A stretch of 64,000 nucleotides of DNA from an uncultured Chloroflexia bacterium (GTDB lineage: Bacteria > Chloroflexota > UBA6077 > CF-72), in the NCBI GenBank assembly GCA_963776625.1, contig CAVZNP010000004.1, forward strand, positions 311,288 to 375,287. Reading direction: 5' to 3'. Numbering within the stretch: position 1 is the first letter of the stretch; each line of letters opens with the position of its first letter. The position numbers and the translations under genes were made by a program. Under the pieces are notes generated by a model that did no database searches, was not told where the DNA came from, and was given only the letters and a program-made list of their open reading frames with translations. Shown here piece by piece: positions 1 through 9,057 of this stretch.

Positions 1-2
1 AA

Positions 3-137
3 GTGAGCGAGGTCCGCCGTTTTCCACTCGACCACCTGCCCGACGATCTGGCCTTTCCCCACGACCGCCGCGTGCTGGCTGATTGGAAGCAAGCGCTACA
101 GACTGGTAGCCTGATAGAGATTCATGACCCTCTGTGA
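3..137 (+). CDS. 3' end of an unidentified CDS entering from the left edge (partial)
   Basis: The frame is open from the window edge to TGA at 135-137 and translates ...RRFPLDHLPDDLAFPHDRRVLADWKQALQTGSLIEIHDPL. It has no recognisable motif. Confidence 0.25.
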   Translation: MSEVRRFPLDHLPDDLAFPHDRRVLADWKQALQTGSLIEIHDPL

Positions 138-146
138 GGCACGCAT

Positions 147-716
147 TTGATGGCTCAAACCCAGACGCAGGAGCCGGGGAATTGCACCGTCGCGGTGACC
201 GTGAACGGAACGCGGTACACCCGCGAGGTCGAGCCGCGGCAGCTTCTGGTGTACTTCATCCGTGAGCAGCTCGGACTGACCGGAACCCACGTTGGCTGCG
301 ATACGTCGCAGTGCGGCGCATGCACGATTCTGTTGGACGGCGTGGCTGTCAAGTCGTGCACGATTCTCGCCGTGCAGGCCGACGGGGCCGACATCAAGAC
401 CATCGAGGGCTATGCCGAAACCAACGGCAAGCTCCACCCCATCCAGCAAGCGTTCTGGGAGGAGCACGGCCTCCAGTGCGGATTTTGCACTCCGGGCATG
501 GTCGTCGTGATTGATCAACTCCTGCGCGACAACCCGAACCCAACCGAGGCAGAGATTCGCCGCGGCCTGGACGGCAATCTGTGTCGCTGTACGGGCTACC
601 AGAACATCGTCAAGTCGGCACTGTCCGCGGGCCGCAAGCTGCGCGGCGAAGAGCCATTCGAGAAGCCCGACACGGCGTTGACCGAGGCGACTCCGACGGC
701 GGCGGGGGCGCACTGA
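147..716 (+). CDS. [2Fe-2S]-binding small subunit of a molybdenum hydroxylase (CoxS/aerobic CODH-xanthine dehydrogenase family)
   Basis: 189-aa ORF with the cysteine motifs [19 protein letters not shown] and CRCTGY typical of CoxS-type subunits. Confidence 0.9.
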   Translation: MMAQTQTQEPGNCTVAVTVNGTRYTREVEPRQLLVYFIREQLGLTGTHVGCDTSQCGACTILLDGVAVKSCTILAVQADGADIKTIEGYAETNGKLHPIQQAFWEEHGLQCGFCTPGMVVVIDQLLRDNPNPTEAEIRRGLDGNLCRCTGYQNIVKSALSAGRKLRGEEPFEKPDTALTEATPTAAGAH

Positions 717-719
717 GCC

Positions 720-1577
720 ATGTTTCCCGCGAAGTTCGCCTACGCCGCGCCCAGCAGCCTCGAGGAAGCGCTGGCGCTGCTCAACACCGAAGATTCCAAG
801 ATCCTGGCAGGTGGGCACAGCCTGCTGCCGTTGATGAAGCTGCGTCTCGCGCAGCCAAGGCTGCTCGTGGACATCGGGCGCATTCCGGGGCTGGCGTATA
901 CCCGTCGCGAAAATGGCGTCCTCGCCATTGGGGCGATGACCACGTATCGCGACATCGGCCTGTCGCCTGAGGCGGCGGCTGCCGCTCCGGTGCTCGTGCA
1001 TGCGGTTCACGAGGTGGGCGATCCGCAGGTTCGCGCCAGAGGCACGCTAGCCGGCGCCCTCGCACATGCCGATCCCGCGGGCGATCTGCCCGCGGTCGCT
1101 CTGGCGCTGGGCGGCACGGTCCGCGCGGTGGGTTCGGACGGAGAGCGTGACCTCGACCTGGACTCCTTCTTCGTCGATATGCTCACGACGGCACTCGAGG
1201 AGAAGGAGATCATTCGTGAGATTCGCCTCAACGTGCAGCCAGCGGGAGCGGGCGCCGCGTATCAGAAGTTCGATCAACCGGCGAGCCACTACGCGCTGAC
1301 GGGCATTTGTGCCGTGGTATCCCTGCAGAACGGGACCATCTCTTCGGCGCGCATCGGCGTGACCGGCGTGGGGCCGAAGGCGTATCGGCCCACGGCAGTG
1401 GAGCAGGCGCTGGTCGGCAAGCCCGCGGAAGAGGAAGCGGTCAAAGCGGCGGTGCAGACGGTCGCGGACGGCATCGACGTCCAGGGCGATATTCACGCGA
1501 GCCCTGACTACCGGGCGCACCTGGCGCGCGTGCTCACGCGTCGCGCGGTGCTGGAGGCCGCCGGGTACGCGAGCTAA
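720..1577 (+). CDS. FAD-binding medium subunit of a molybdenum hydroxylase (CoxM-like)
   Basis: 285-aa ORF that starts 4 nt after the coxS-like stop. It has the PCMH-type FAD motif ILAGGHSLLPLMKLRLAQP and a CO-dehydrogenase-flavoprotein-like C-terminal part. Confidence 0.85.
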   Translation: MFPAKFAYAAPSSLEEALALLNTEDSKILAGGHSLLPLMKLRLAQPRLLVDIGRIPGLAYTRRENGVLAIGAMTTYRDIGLSPEAAAAAPVLVHAVHEVGDPQVRARGTLAGALAHADPAGDLPAVALALGGTVRAVGSDGERDLDLDSFFVDMLTTALEEKEIIREIRLNVQPAGAGAAYQKFDQPASHYALTGICAVVSLQNGTISSARIGVTGVGPKAYRPTAVEQALVGKPAEEEAVKAAVQTVADGIDVQGDIHASPDYRAHLARVLTRRAVLEAAGYAS

Positions 1578-1634
1578 GCGCCAGGCGCAGGGTGATGTGC
1601 GACGCGTGACGTCACCCTGGGACCCCGCGCGCGT

Positions 1635-3182
1635 TTACGTCTTCGTCTCGTAAATCGGCAGGATGCGCCGCTCGAGGCGGTTACCAACCAGTTTCTGAAT
1701 GGGTGGCAGCTTGTCGGAATCCCACTCGGCCACAAAGGTGACCGCCCGCCCCGAGCGGCCCGCCCTCGCCGTGCGGCCGATGCGGTGCACGTAGGCCTCC
1801 GAGTCCTCCGGGATGTCGTAATTGAACACGTGCGACACCTCGGGAATGTCCAGACCGCGAGCCGCGACGTCCGTCGCCACCAGGAACGTCAGCTCGCCAT
1901 CCCGAAACTCGTGCAAGACCTGCTCGCGTAGGTTCTGACTCATGTCACCGTGGATGGCGGAGACGGCCAGTCCGCGACGCCTGAGCGTGCCCACCAGACG
2001 GTCAACCCCGACCTTCATCTGGCGAAAAATCATCGCGCGTTCGGGCGGATCCTGGGCGATGAGGGAAAGCAGACCTTCAACCTTGTCGCGTTCGGCGACC
2101 TCGTAGTAGACCTGCTCGACTTCCTCGACGGTAATGCTCTCCGGCTGGACGTGCACCATCGCCGGCTCGAACATATAGCGGCGCGACAGCACGCGAATAA
2201 CCGTCGGCACCGTGGCCGAGAACAGCGCCGTCTGCCGCTCCCGCGGTGTACGGCGCAGGATGCGCTCGACGTCAGGTAGAAAGCCCATATCGAGCATGCG
2301 GTCGGCTTCGTCGAGGATCAGGTAATCGACGTTGTTGAGCTTGAGGGTGCCCCGACTGATGTGGTCCAGGACGCGGCCGGGCGTGCCGACGACCACCTGC
2401 GCGCCAGCCTTCAGGTCTTCGAACTGGCGCCCGTAGCCTGCGCCGCCGTAGATGGTCGCCACGCAGATGCCCTTGATGTACTTGCCAAGCTTGCGCAGCT
2501 CTTCGCCGATCTGGATGGCCAATTCGCGCGTCGGGGCAAGAACCAGTGCCTGCGTGTAGGCCAGCGTTTCGTCGATGCCTTCAATAAGCGGGATGCCAAA
2601 GGCGGCCGTCTTGCCGGTGCCGGTTTGCGCCTGACCGATCACGTCGCGGCCGTCCAGCAGCAGGGGAATCACGCGCGACTGGATTTCGGTCGGCTTGACG
2701 AAGCCCATTTCGGCAATGGCACGGTTGACCTCAGGCGCGAGCATGAGCTCCCTGAAGCCGGGCGGAACGCTCGACGCCGTACGCTTGTGCACACCGTTGG
2801 CAGGCACCGGGGCGGGCAACGCCTGAGCAGCGGGCATGTGTGCTGGCTCCGCAGGTGCTGGCTCGCAGGTGCTGGACGCAGGTGCCGGCTCCGCAGGTGC
2901 TGGATCGGCACGTGCCGGCATGGACCTCGAGCTTTTACGCGTGCTGGTCGTGACGGCCTCCGTCGCGGATACAGTCGACGCCAGGGGGGTCGTCGACGGG
3001 GAGGCGTCGGCCGCGACCTCGGCGGCAATACTCGCCTCGGTCGACTTGGCCTTCGCCCCAGAAGAAGGCCGAGGTGCGCGTGGTCGCGTGGTGCGTTGCG
3101 CGGGCTTCTCGCTCGTTGTTACCAGATCAAGTCCCTCCCTGGGACGCTTCAACAGCACGTGCGCCCACTGTCCTGAGCGCAC
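1635..3182 (-). CDS. DEAD-box ATP-dependent RNA helicase with a low-complexity N-terminal extension (start uncertain)
   Basis: Helicase motifs are present: Q (GFVKPTEIQ), I (AQTGTGKTAAF), Ia (PTRELA), II (DEAD), III (SAT) and VI (HRIGRTARAG). The first ~140 codons of the longest ORF are Ala/Pro/Ser/Thr-rich, so the real start may be internal. Confidence 0.88.
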   Translation of the reverse strand: MRSGQWAHVLLKRPREGLDLVTTSEKPAQRTTRPRAPRPSSGAKAKSTEASIAAEVAADASPSTTPLASTVSATEAVTTSTRKSSRSMPARADPAPAEPAPASSTCEPAPAEPAHMPAAQALPAPVPANGVHKRTASSVPPGFRELMLAPEVNRAIAEMGFVKPTEIQSRVIPLLLDGRDVIGQAQTGTGKTAAFGIPLIEGIDETLAYTQALVLAPTRELAIQIGEELRKLGKYIKGICVATIYGGAGYGRQFEDLKAGAQVVVGTPGRVLDHISRGTLKLNNVDYLILDEADRMLDMGFLPDVERILRRTPRERQTALFSATVPTVIRVLSRRYMFEPAMVHVQPESITVEEVEQVYYEVAERDKVEGLLSLIAQDPPERAMIFRQMKVGVDRLVGTLRRRGLAVSAIHGDMSQNLREQVLHEFRDGELTFLVATDVAARGLDIPEVSHVFNYDIPEDSEAYVHRIGRTARAGRSGRAVTFVAEWDSDKLPPIQKLVGNRLERRILPIYETKT

Positions 3183-3256
3183 ACGGATGTAGTTAGAGTT
3201 GTTATACCCGTTGGACCGCTTTTTGGGATAACAATGTTGTCGAAATTACGAGTCAC

Positions 3257-4852
3257 ATGACAGACACTCTCGAAGCGGCACCCGCCGGCGCGCCGCGTTT
3301 ACCTGATTACAACGCCCGTCGGGTTGGCTTTACGGCGGGGGTTATTGCCGCCGCGGTCATGTTGCTGGCGATCGTCGTGCTGCGGCTGCTCAGCGGTGTC
3401 GAGTCGCTCCCCGAGGTCGTGGCCGAGGGCATCCTGGTCAACCTGCCGGGCGCCCTGTTCTCGGCGGTCCTCGACCAGCTGCAGCACTCGGCCAAACCAC
3501 TTTTCTACATCGGCATCGCCATCGCCATGTTGATCGTTGGAGGCCTGCTCGGACGCTGGTTCGCGACCGCGCCCACGTGGCAGCGGCTTACCAAGATCGT
3601 GATCGGCGTCTGGATCGTCTTCGGCGTGGGCGTCTACACGCTGCTTGGCGCGGGCATCTTCGGTGCGCAGCTTCAGGCCGGACCGATCTGGCATGGGCTG
3701 TCGCTGCTGCTGGTCTTCGGTGTCTACGGCGTGGCGCTGTGGCACGCGTACGCGCTGTTGGCCCATCGCGCGATGCCGGAGCTGCCCGACGCGAGTCGGC
3801 GCGTCTTCCTGCGCAATGCCGCCGTGTTGATGGTCGCGACCGTCGGCGCGGGCACTATCTGGCGCCTGGTCATGGGTGGCAACACTGGCGCCGGAGCCGG
3901 GAGCGAAGCTGTGCCGGCGCCGGTCGCCGCGAGCCTGCCCCCAACGACCTCGCCGCCGAATGCGCCGCCGTTCGATCTCAAGGGCATTTCGCCCGAGGTC
4001 ACCAACACCAACGACTTCTACACCGTCTCGAAGAACTTTATCGATCCATCGGTGGCCGTCGGCGGTTGGAAGCTAACGATCGACGGGCTGGTCGACAATC
4101 CGATGACACTCACGTATGACCAGTTGACGGCGCTACCCGCGATCGACGGGTACTACACGCTCATGTGCATCAGCAACGAGATCGGTGGCGATCTGTGGGG
4201 CAACGCGGCGTGGCACGGTGTGTCGCTGCAGTGGCTCCTGCAGCAAGCCGGCGTGCACACCGACGCGTACAAGGCCGTCTTTACGGCTGCCGACGATTAC
4301 AAAGACTCGGTGATGCTGGCCAATGCCCTTGATCCCAACGCGCTGCTGGCCTGGGAAATGAACGGCGAGCCGCTGAAGAAAGAGCACGGCTATCCGGCAC
4401 GGCTGCTCATCCCCGGCATTTATGGAATGAAGAACGTCAAGTGGCTGACCGGCATCTCCATCGTCGCCACCGACGTCAAGGGCTTCTGGCAGCAGCAGGG
4501 CTGGGACGACGCGGCGCCGTATCAGACGGAGTCGCGGATCGACGTGCCGCACGGTAGGGACACCATCAACGCCGGGCCGCTCTCGGTGGGTGGCGTGGCG
4601 TTCGCAGGTAACCGTGGCATTCAATCCGTCGAGATCTCGACCGACGGCGAGCAGACGTGGCTGCCGGCGCAGGTCAAACCAGGTCTGTCGCAAAACAGCT
4701 GGCAGCTCTGGCGCGCGGATATCAGCGTCAACAACGCGGTGCACGACATCCGCGTGCGGGCGACCGATGGCACCGGTAAGCTCCAGACGCGCACGGCGGC
4801 AGACCCGTTCCCATCGGGGGCCACCGGTACGACGACGCACGCATTGCGGTGA
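3257..4852 (+). CDS. SUOX-fold molybdopterin oxidoreductase fused to an N-terminal polytopic membrane domain
   Basis: 531-aa ORF. The N-terminal ~175 aa carry 4-5 hydrophobic helices. An internal SRRVFLRNAA motif follows, then a Moco domain (YTLMCISNEIGG, HGYPARLLIPGIYGMKNVKWL) and an Ig-like dimerisation domain. Confidence 0.85.
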   Translation: MTDTLEAAPAGAPRLPDYNARRVGFTAGVIAAAVMLLAIVVLRLLSGVESLPEVVAEGILVNLPGALFSAVLDQLQHSAKPLFYIGIAIAMLIVGGLLGRWFATAPTWQRLTKIVIGVWIVFGVGVYTLLGAGIFGAQLQAGPIWHGLSLLLVFGVYGVALWHAYALLAHRAMPELPDASRRVFLRNAAVLMVATVGAGTIWRLVMGGNTGAGAGSEAVPAPVAASLPPTTSPPNAPPFDLKGISPEVTNTNDFYTVSKNFIDPSVAVGGWKLTIDGLVDNPMTLTYDQLTALPAIDGYYTLMCISNEIGGDLWGNAAWHGVSLQWLLQQAGVHTDAYKAVFTAADDYKDSVMLANALDPNALLAWEMNGEPLKKEHGYPARLLIPGIYGMKNVKWLTGISIVATDVKGFWQQQGWDDAAPYQTESRIDVPHGRDTINAGPLSVGGVAFAGNRGIQSVEISTDGEQTWLPAQVKPGLSQNSWQLWRADISVNNAVHDIRVRATDGTGKLQTRTAADPFPSGATGTTTHALR

Positions 4853-4907
4853 GCTGAACTGAACGCTCACCGCAATGGCGGCTAAACGCTCAGGCGGCCC
4901 GGGGCCC

Positions 4908-6305
4908 TCAGGCGGCTACCGCCTTGAGCGTTTCTGGCTGCGGCTTTGCAATCTTCGGCGTGTCGTTGACGAACTTCTCAATCAGCGCCTTCGAATCGAT
5001 CACGCCCAACTGCTCGTAGAGGAACTCCAGCTTCTCTTCGAGCTGTGCGCGAATCGCCGACCGCGTGTCCTCGGGCAGCGTCCACACCTGCTGCTTGAAC
5101 GGCCCCCAGATCTTCTTGCGCGTCTTGTAAATGAACTGCTCCTCGGTGTCTCCCTTGACCCACTCGTCCGAGAGCTTGTCCTTGCAGTACTGATAGGCCT
5201 CTGCCTTCAGGTCGGCCGGGAACGCTCCGTGATCCAGGATGATGTTCTGGAACTCGGTCGCCAGGTGCACTTCGACGGTGCCCACCTCGGGGAACTTGGA
5301 GAAATACTCGGCCGGCAGCGTGCTGGCGCCATGCTGCACCGCGCCGCCCATGCCGTGCCCGCGCGCCGCGGCTGACATCTCGCGCAGTGTGTCGAAGTCG
5401 ATCGCCACTTTGAGTAGCGTGCCGTCCGGCAGAACCACGCCACCGTGCGAGGAGCCCGTGTTGACGCTCACCTTGGAGAGCCCGCGCTTGTTGCCCACCT
5501 GCGAGCCAAACGCCGCGTTGAAGCCCGTGACGTACGCCTCGAGCTCTTCCACGGTGCTGTTCTTCTTGCCAACCTCGCCGATCTCGCCGCCAATCGAGAT
5601 CGTGACGCCTGCCGGCTCGAGCTGTCGAATCAGCGCCGCGAGCTCCGCGCAGCGTTCGAAGTTGTCGCGCTGCTGCTCGCTCAGCGTCGGCCGCGACAGA
5701 TCGACCAGCGTCGACGTGTCGATGTCGATGTTGCCGTAGCCGGCCGCGATGGCTTCGCGGATGAGCTTCTTGAGCCCGTCGATCACGGACTGCGGATCGG
5801 TGGTGTACTTCTTGGCGTCCGCCTGATAATGGTCGCCCTGGATGAAGATGGGTCCGGTGTGACCCTCCTTGATTGCCGCGGCCATCATCACGGTGGCGAA
5901 CTCATCGCAGCTCTGATCGGTGTAGCCCATCTCGCTGCGCGCCAGCTCGAAGATGAATGAACCGACATTGCGGCGCCTGGCCGAGGCAACGATTGCGCGG
6001 GCGAAATCGTAGGCCATGGCCCGCACGTTGATCGCGGCGACCGTACTGTTGGCATACGCATCGTGCGCACGTGCCTGGTAGAGCGCGTCGATGCTGGCGC
6101 TCTTGACCCCGACTTCCCACCCGATCTCCCAGATCAGCCAGCGGGCCGCGTCGCGGACGTCAGCCTGCCCGAAGACCGCGGTGTGAACCAGACGATCGAT
6201 CGCCTCGCCACGTAGTGCTGCCGAGTCCTTGACCCGGACGCCGCCATTGACGTCAATGGCCTGGCGAGTGCCCTGAAGCATCTCCTGAACGGACGCGAAC
6301 GTCAT
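4908..6305 (-). CDS. class II (metal-dependent) fructose/ketose-bisphosphate aldolase family protein, long form
   Basis: 465-aa ORF with segments like PF01116: IFIQGDHYQ, IDIDTS, GGEIGEVG, NTGSSHGG and VQHGAST. Confidence 0.75.
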   Translation of the reverse strand: MTFASVQEMLQGTRQAIDVNGGVRVKDSAALRGEAIDRLVHTAVFGQADVRDAARWLIWEIGWEVGVKSASIDALYQARAHDAYANSTVAAINVRAMAYDFARAIVASARRRNVGSFIFELARSEMGYTDQSCDEFATVMMAAAIKEGHTGPIFIQGDHYQADAKKYTTDPQSVIDGLKKLIREAIAAGYGNIDIDTSTLVDLSRPTLSEQQRDNFERCAELAALIRQLEPAGVTISIGGEIGEVGKKNSTVEELEAYVTGFNAAFGSQVGNKRGLSKVSVNTGSSHGGVVLPDGTLLKVAIDFDTLREMSAAARGHGMGGAVQHGASTLPAEYFSKFPEVGTVEVHLATEFQNIILDHGAFPADLKAEAYQYCKDKLSDEWVKGDTEEQFIYKTRKKIWGPFKQQVWTLPEDTRSAIRAQLEEKLEFLYEQLGVIDSKALIEKFVNDTPKIAKPQPETLKAVAA

Positions 6306-6359
6306 CGTTCGATTCCCTCCGTGTGTCTCTGTCGGCCAAGTATAACCCTGTGAGAATCG

Positions 6360-6830
6360 GTGCCAGCCACCAGCGACCCTCGCTCAACTCACCCTAAACT
6401 CACTCTCGCCCTGGAGCGCCTGCAGGGTGCGGATCTTGATGTGCTGTGCGCCGAGCCGGCCCCGCCGCGGCTGGTGCAGGCCATCCACGAGTTCAACGCT
6501 GGCGAGTTCTTCGAGCAGCACGAAACGCTGGAGCTGTTGTGGCGGGCGACGCCGGGTGAGATTCGCCACCTGTACGAGGGCATCCTCCAGATCGGGGTAG
6601 GCATGCACCATCTGTTCACAAACCACAACTTCCATGGTGCAGCCGTGAAGCTCGATCACGGCATCCGCCTCCTCTCGGCGTTTCCCGCTACCTGCCACGG
6701 CGTGAACGTCGCCCGACTGCGGCGCGATGCGGTGGCCGCGCGCGAGGCGCTGGTAGCGCTCGGGCCCGACAGGCTGGATCGTTTTCCACGCGAGCTCACG
6801 CCTCGCGTACATTTTTCGAACGAGTCATGA
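6360..6830 (+). CDS. DUF309-family protein
   Basis: Carries the pattern FNAGEFFEQHETLELLWR...GILQIGVGMHHL...GAAVKL characteristic of DUF309. Confidence 0.6.
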   Translation: MPATSDPRSTHPKLTLALERLQGADLDVLCAEPAPPRLVQAIHEFNAGEFFEQHETLELLWRATPGEIRHLYEGILQIGVGMHHLFTNHNFHGAAVKLDHGIRLLSAFPATCHGVNVARLRRDAVAAREALVALGPDRLDRFPRELTPRVHFSNES

Positions 6831-7219
6831 GACGGGGTCCGTACGCGCGAAGTCGGCTGACGGGCGCGCTGCGCCTGATCGCGGCCGTGTGGCTCATCGG
6901 CGTCGCGGTGCACAGCCTTGCCTCGCCTTTTCAGGCCGTCGCCGAACAGGGCATGCCCATGCCGGCGCTGCTGCCCGTAGCGGCGATCAACTTCACGCTT
7001 GGCGTGTTCCTGCTCACGGGATTCATGAGCCGCATCTGCGGCCTGCTGCTCGCGTGTCTCGAAGGCTGGATGATGGCCAGCTTCGGAATTGGGGTGATAC
7101 CGGTCCTGCTTGCCCTGGTCGGCATCCACTTCATGCTCAGTGGCGGCGGCGCGTGGGCCATGGACATCTACGTCCAGAAGATGCAGGACAAAGTCCGCCA
7201 GCGCGAAGGACTCAGCTGA
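6827..7219 (+). CDS. small integral membrane protein (DoxX-like, tentative)
   Basis: 130-aa ORF with an ATGA start/stop overlap with the upstream gene. It has 3-4 hydrophobic helices. The family call is tentative. Confidence 0.45.
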   Translation: MRRGPYARSRLTGALRLIAAVWLIGVAVHSLASPFQAVAEQGMPMPALLPVAAINFTLGVFLLTGFMSRICGLLLACLEGWMMASFGIGVIPVLLALVGIHFMLSGGGAWAMDIYVQKMQDKVRQREGLS

Positions 7220-8174
7220 TCTGAATCGTCGTGACGCCGGTCTCGATGTTCAGGTCAACCTTGTTGGTCGCCGTGTCGTAGTCGGGTGAGCGATACAGGT
7301 TGTCGCTGACCTGCGGAAATCGGCTCTGATCCACGTCGACGGTGCTCAGGCCACCGCGCAGCTGGATCTGCGCCGCAACGCCTTGCGGCACCTCGATCGT
7401 CAGCGTCGAGGCGCCACCGCTGATGTGCGCCGTGGTTACTCCAGCGGATTCTGGCATGCGCAGCCAGGTCGTGGCGGCGCCGATCGACATGTCGAGCGCG
7501 CTGACGTGCAGGCTCGACAGGTCCAGACGCGCGTCCGTGGCGCCGGTCTGCACCGTCAGTGAGCTAATCGGCACGCTCGGCGCGAGGGTGAGATCCATCT
7601 GGGCCGCGTCCGATCGGCCGGCGACAAATGGCAGGAAGCCGGCCCCGCCCCGCGGGCTGCTCTGGTACTCCAGCTGCCCGAGGCCCACGTTCGAAACGGT
7701 GTAGCGCGGCTGGGGAGCAAGCTGCTGCGGGCCCTGATAGGTCATGCTGGCCAGTTGATCTGGCTGCGGCTCCAGGATCGGGCCGAGGTTGAGTGTGCCG
7801 GCGCCGAAGCGCACCGTCACCGCGGCCTGGCTGGCACCGCTGAGATCCGTCTGGCTGGTAGTGCTGACGCCCGTATCGGCCGACGCGGGCATGCCCACAT
7901 TGATGCCGACCGCGCCGACAATGAGGACGACCGCGGCCAGCCCGACCAGCACCAGCCAGGGCACGCGGTGCGCCAGCAGGAGCTCCACGCCGATCAGCAC
8001 CAGCACGACCGGCCAGAGCCGCCACAGGTTGACCCAGAAGTTGGGCGGCAGATAGCCGGTGTTCTGGAGTAGAAACACGCCACCGAGGAAGATCAGAATC
8101 AGCGGCCAGACAACTCCACCCCGGCGGCGATGCCGGGGCGGGACGGTTGGCGGCGGCGCGTAGGGTGTGGTCAA
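7212..8174 (-). CDS. LiaF-like cell-envelope stress protein (LiaI/LiaF-type TM region plus toastrack-like C-terminal domain)
   Basis: The N-terminus (WPLILIFLGGVFLLQNTG...LWRLWPVVLVLIGVELL) resembles the LiaI-LiaF TM module. The C-terminal beta-rich repeat region (ARLDLSSLHVSALDMSIGAATTWL.., STLTIEVP) is toastrack-like. The gene sits 7 nt downstream of pspC. Confidence 0.55.
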   Translation of the reverse strand: MTTPYAPPPTVPPRHRRRGGVVWPLILIFLGGVFLLQNTGYLPPNFWVNLWRLWPVVLVLIGVELLLAHRVPWLVLVGLAAVVLIVGAVGINVGMPASADTGVSTTSQTDLSGASQAAVTVRFGAGTLNLGPILEPQPDQLASMTYQGPQQLAPQPRYTVSNVGLGQLEYQSSPRGGAGFLPFVAGRSDAAQMDLTLAPSVPISSLTVQTGATDARLDLSSLHVSALDMSIGAATTWLRMPESAGVTTAHISGGASTLTIEVPQGVAAQIQLRGGLSTVDVDQSRFPQVSDNLYRSPDYDTATNKVDLNIETGVTTIQIS

Positions 8175-8180
8175 CGCGTG

Positions 8181-8894
8181 TTAGCGACCCCACCAGCCGG
8201 ATTGACGCCCGAGGAGAATGACGCCGAGACCGATGAAGATGAGTGGCCACATGGTGCGCCACTGGATCCAGGTGAAGACGCCGGCATTCGCAGCGAGCAG
8301 CAATACGCCCAGCACGACCAGGACGACACCCGCGGAACGGGCTGGGTAGTGGTGACCGTGGTGTGGCTCGACATAACGCTCGGATTGCCACCACGGGTCG
8401 GCGTCGGACGGAGGCGTAGGTGTGCTCTGACTGGACACGGGTCCGGATGACGTCGAACCCGACGAGGGCGAAGCCGACGAGGGCGCAGCCGACGACACGC
8501 CTGGACCGGCATGCTGCCAGCCATGTGTCGCGCGTCGCGCCTCCTCCGCCAGACGGTCGGTTTCCTTGTGGAACTCTTCCGACCAGCCATGCCATGGCTC
8601 ATGCGCCCCACCGGTGGCAGGTCGCTCGTCGCGCGGCAGCACGATCCACGCCAGGATGTAGACCGCGACGGCCAGACCACCACTGACGACCGTCGCCGCG
8701 ACCCACAACAGACGCACCAGCGAGGGGTCCAGATCGAAGAATTCGGCCAGGCCGCCGGCAACGCCAGCCCACATGCGTTCGCGGCTGCTGCGCGTCAGCC
8801 GCCGCGGCCCGGGCGGCGGGCCGTACGGCGGCGAGGGTGGCCGCGGCGGGCGGGAGGGCGCGGGAGTTGCGGATGTGGGCGGGTAGTCTGCCAT
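8181..8894 (-). CDS. PspC-domain membrane protein with a C-terminal LiaI/LiaF-type TM region
   Basis: The PspC domain is RLTRSSRERMWAGVAGGLAEFFDLDPSLVRLLWVAATVVSGGLAVAVYILAWIVLP. The start at ATG 8894 is preferred because GAGGAGG lies 8 nt upstream. The longest ORF runs to 9011. Confidence 0.8.
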   Translation of the reverse strand: MADYPPTSATPAPSRPPRPPSPPYGPPPGPRRLTRSSRERMWAGVAGGLAEFFDLDPSLVRLLWVAATVVSGGLAVAVYILAWIVLPRDERPATGGAHEPWHGWSEEFHKETDRLAEEARRATHGWQHAGPGVSSAAPSSASPSSGSTSSGPVSSQSTPTPPSDADPWWQSERYVEPHHGHHYPARSAGVVLVVLGVLLLAANAGVFTWIQWRTMWPLIFIGLGVILLGRQSGWWGR

Positions 8895-8983
8895 AGCGGA
8901 AATGTCCTCCTCAGACCTCAGCGCGGCCTTGCGCGAAGGTCGCCACGTCTGCCGGGCTTGCAGTATCGTCTCGTGTTCGATGA

Positions 8984-9009
8984 GACGCCATTCGCTCACC
9001 GGTTGTTGC
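8984..9009 (-). promoter_or_regulatory. candidate ECF-type promoter (GCAAC-N17-CGTC) facing pspC
   Basis: The minus strand reads tGCAAC-aaccggtgagcgaatgg-CGTC. It has the same -35, spacer length and -10 as the plus-strand copy, and the two -35 elements abut. Confidence 0.45.
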
Positions 9010-9011
9010 AC

Positions 9012-9037
9012 GCAACTTCTTGTTGCGCACGTGCGTC
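9012..9037 (+). promoter_or_regulatory. candidate autoregulatory ECF-type promoter (GCAAC-N17-CGTC) facing the ECF sigma gene
   Basis: The plus strand reads cGCAAC-ttcttgttgcgcacgtg-CGTC, ending 20 nt before ATG 9058. It shows the AAC/CGT architecture typical of ECF promoters. Confidence 0.45.
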
Positions 9038-9057
9038 ATACCTGGGCCCAGTGAGGC

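Noticed and set aside
96-1010. 304-aa minus-strand ORF antisense to the coxS/coxM-like genes
   Set aside because: Its translation is Arg/Ala/Gly-rich and low in complexity, with no motifs. It lies fully antisense to two genes that have clear cofactor motifs. This is a typical high-GC shadow ORF.
7564-8595. 343-aa minus-strand ORF overlapping the liaF-like and pspC genes in another frame
   Set aside because: It is Arg/Pro/Gly-rich with no domain signature. The alternative frames carry recognisable PspC and LiaF-type modules.
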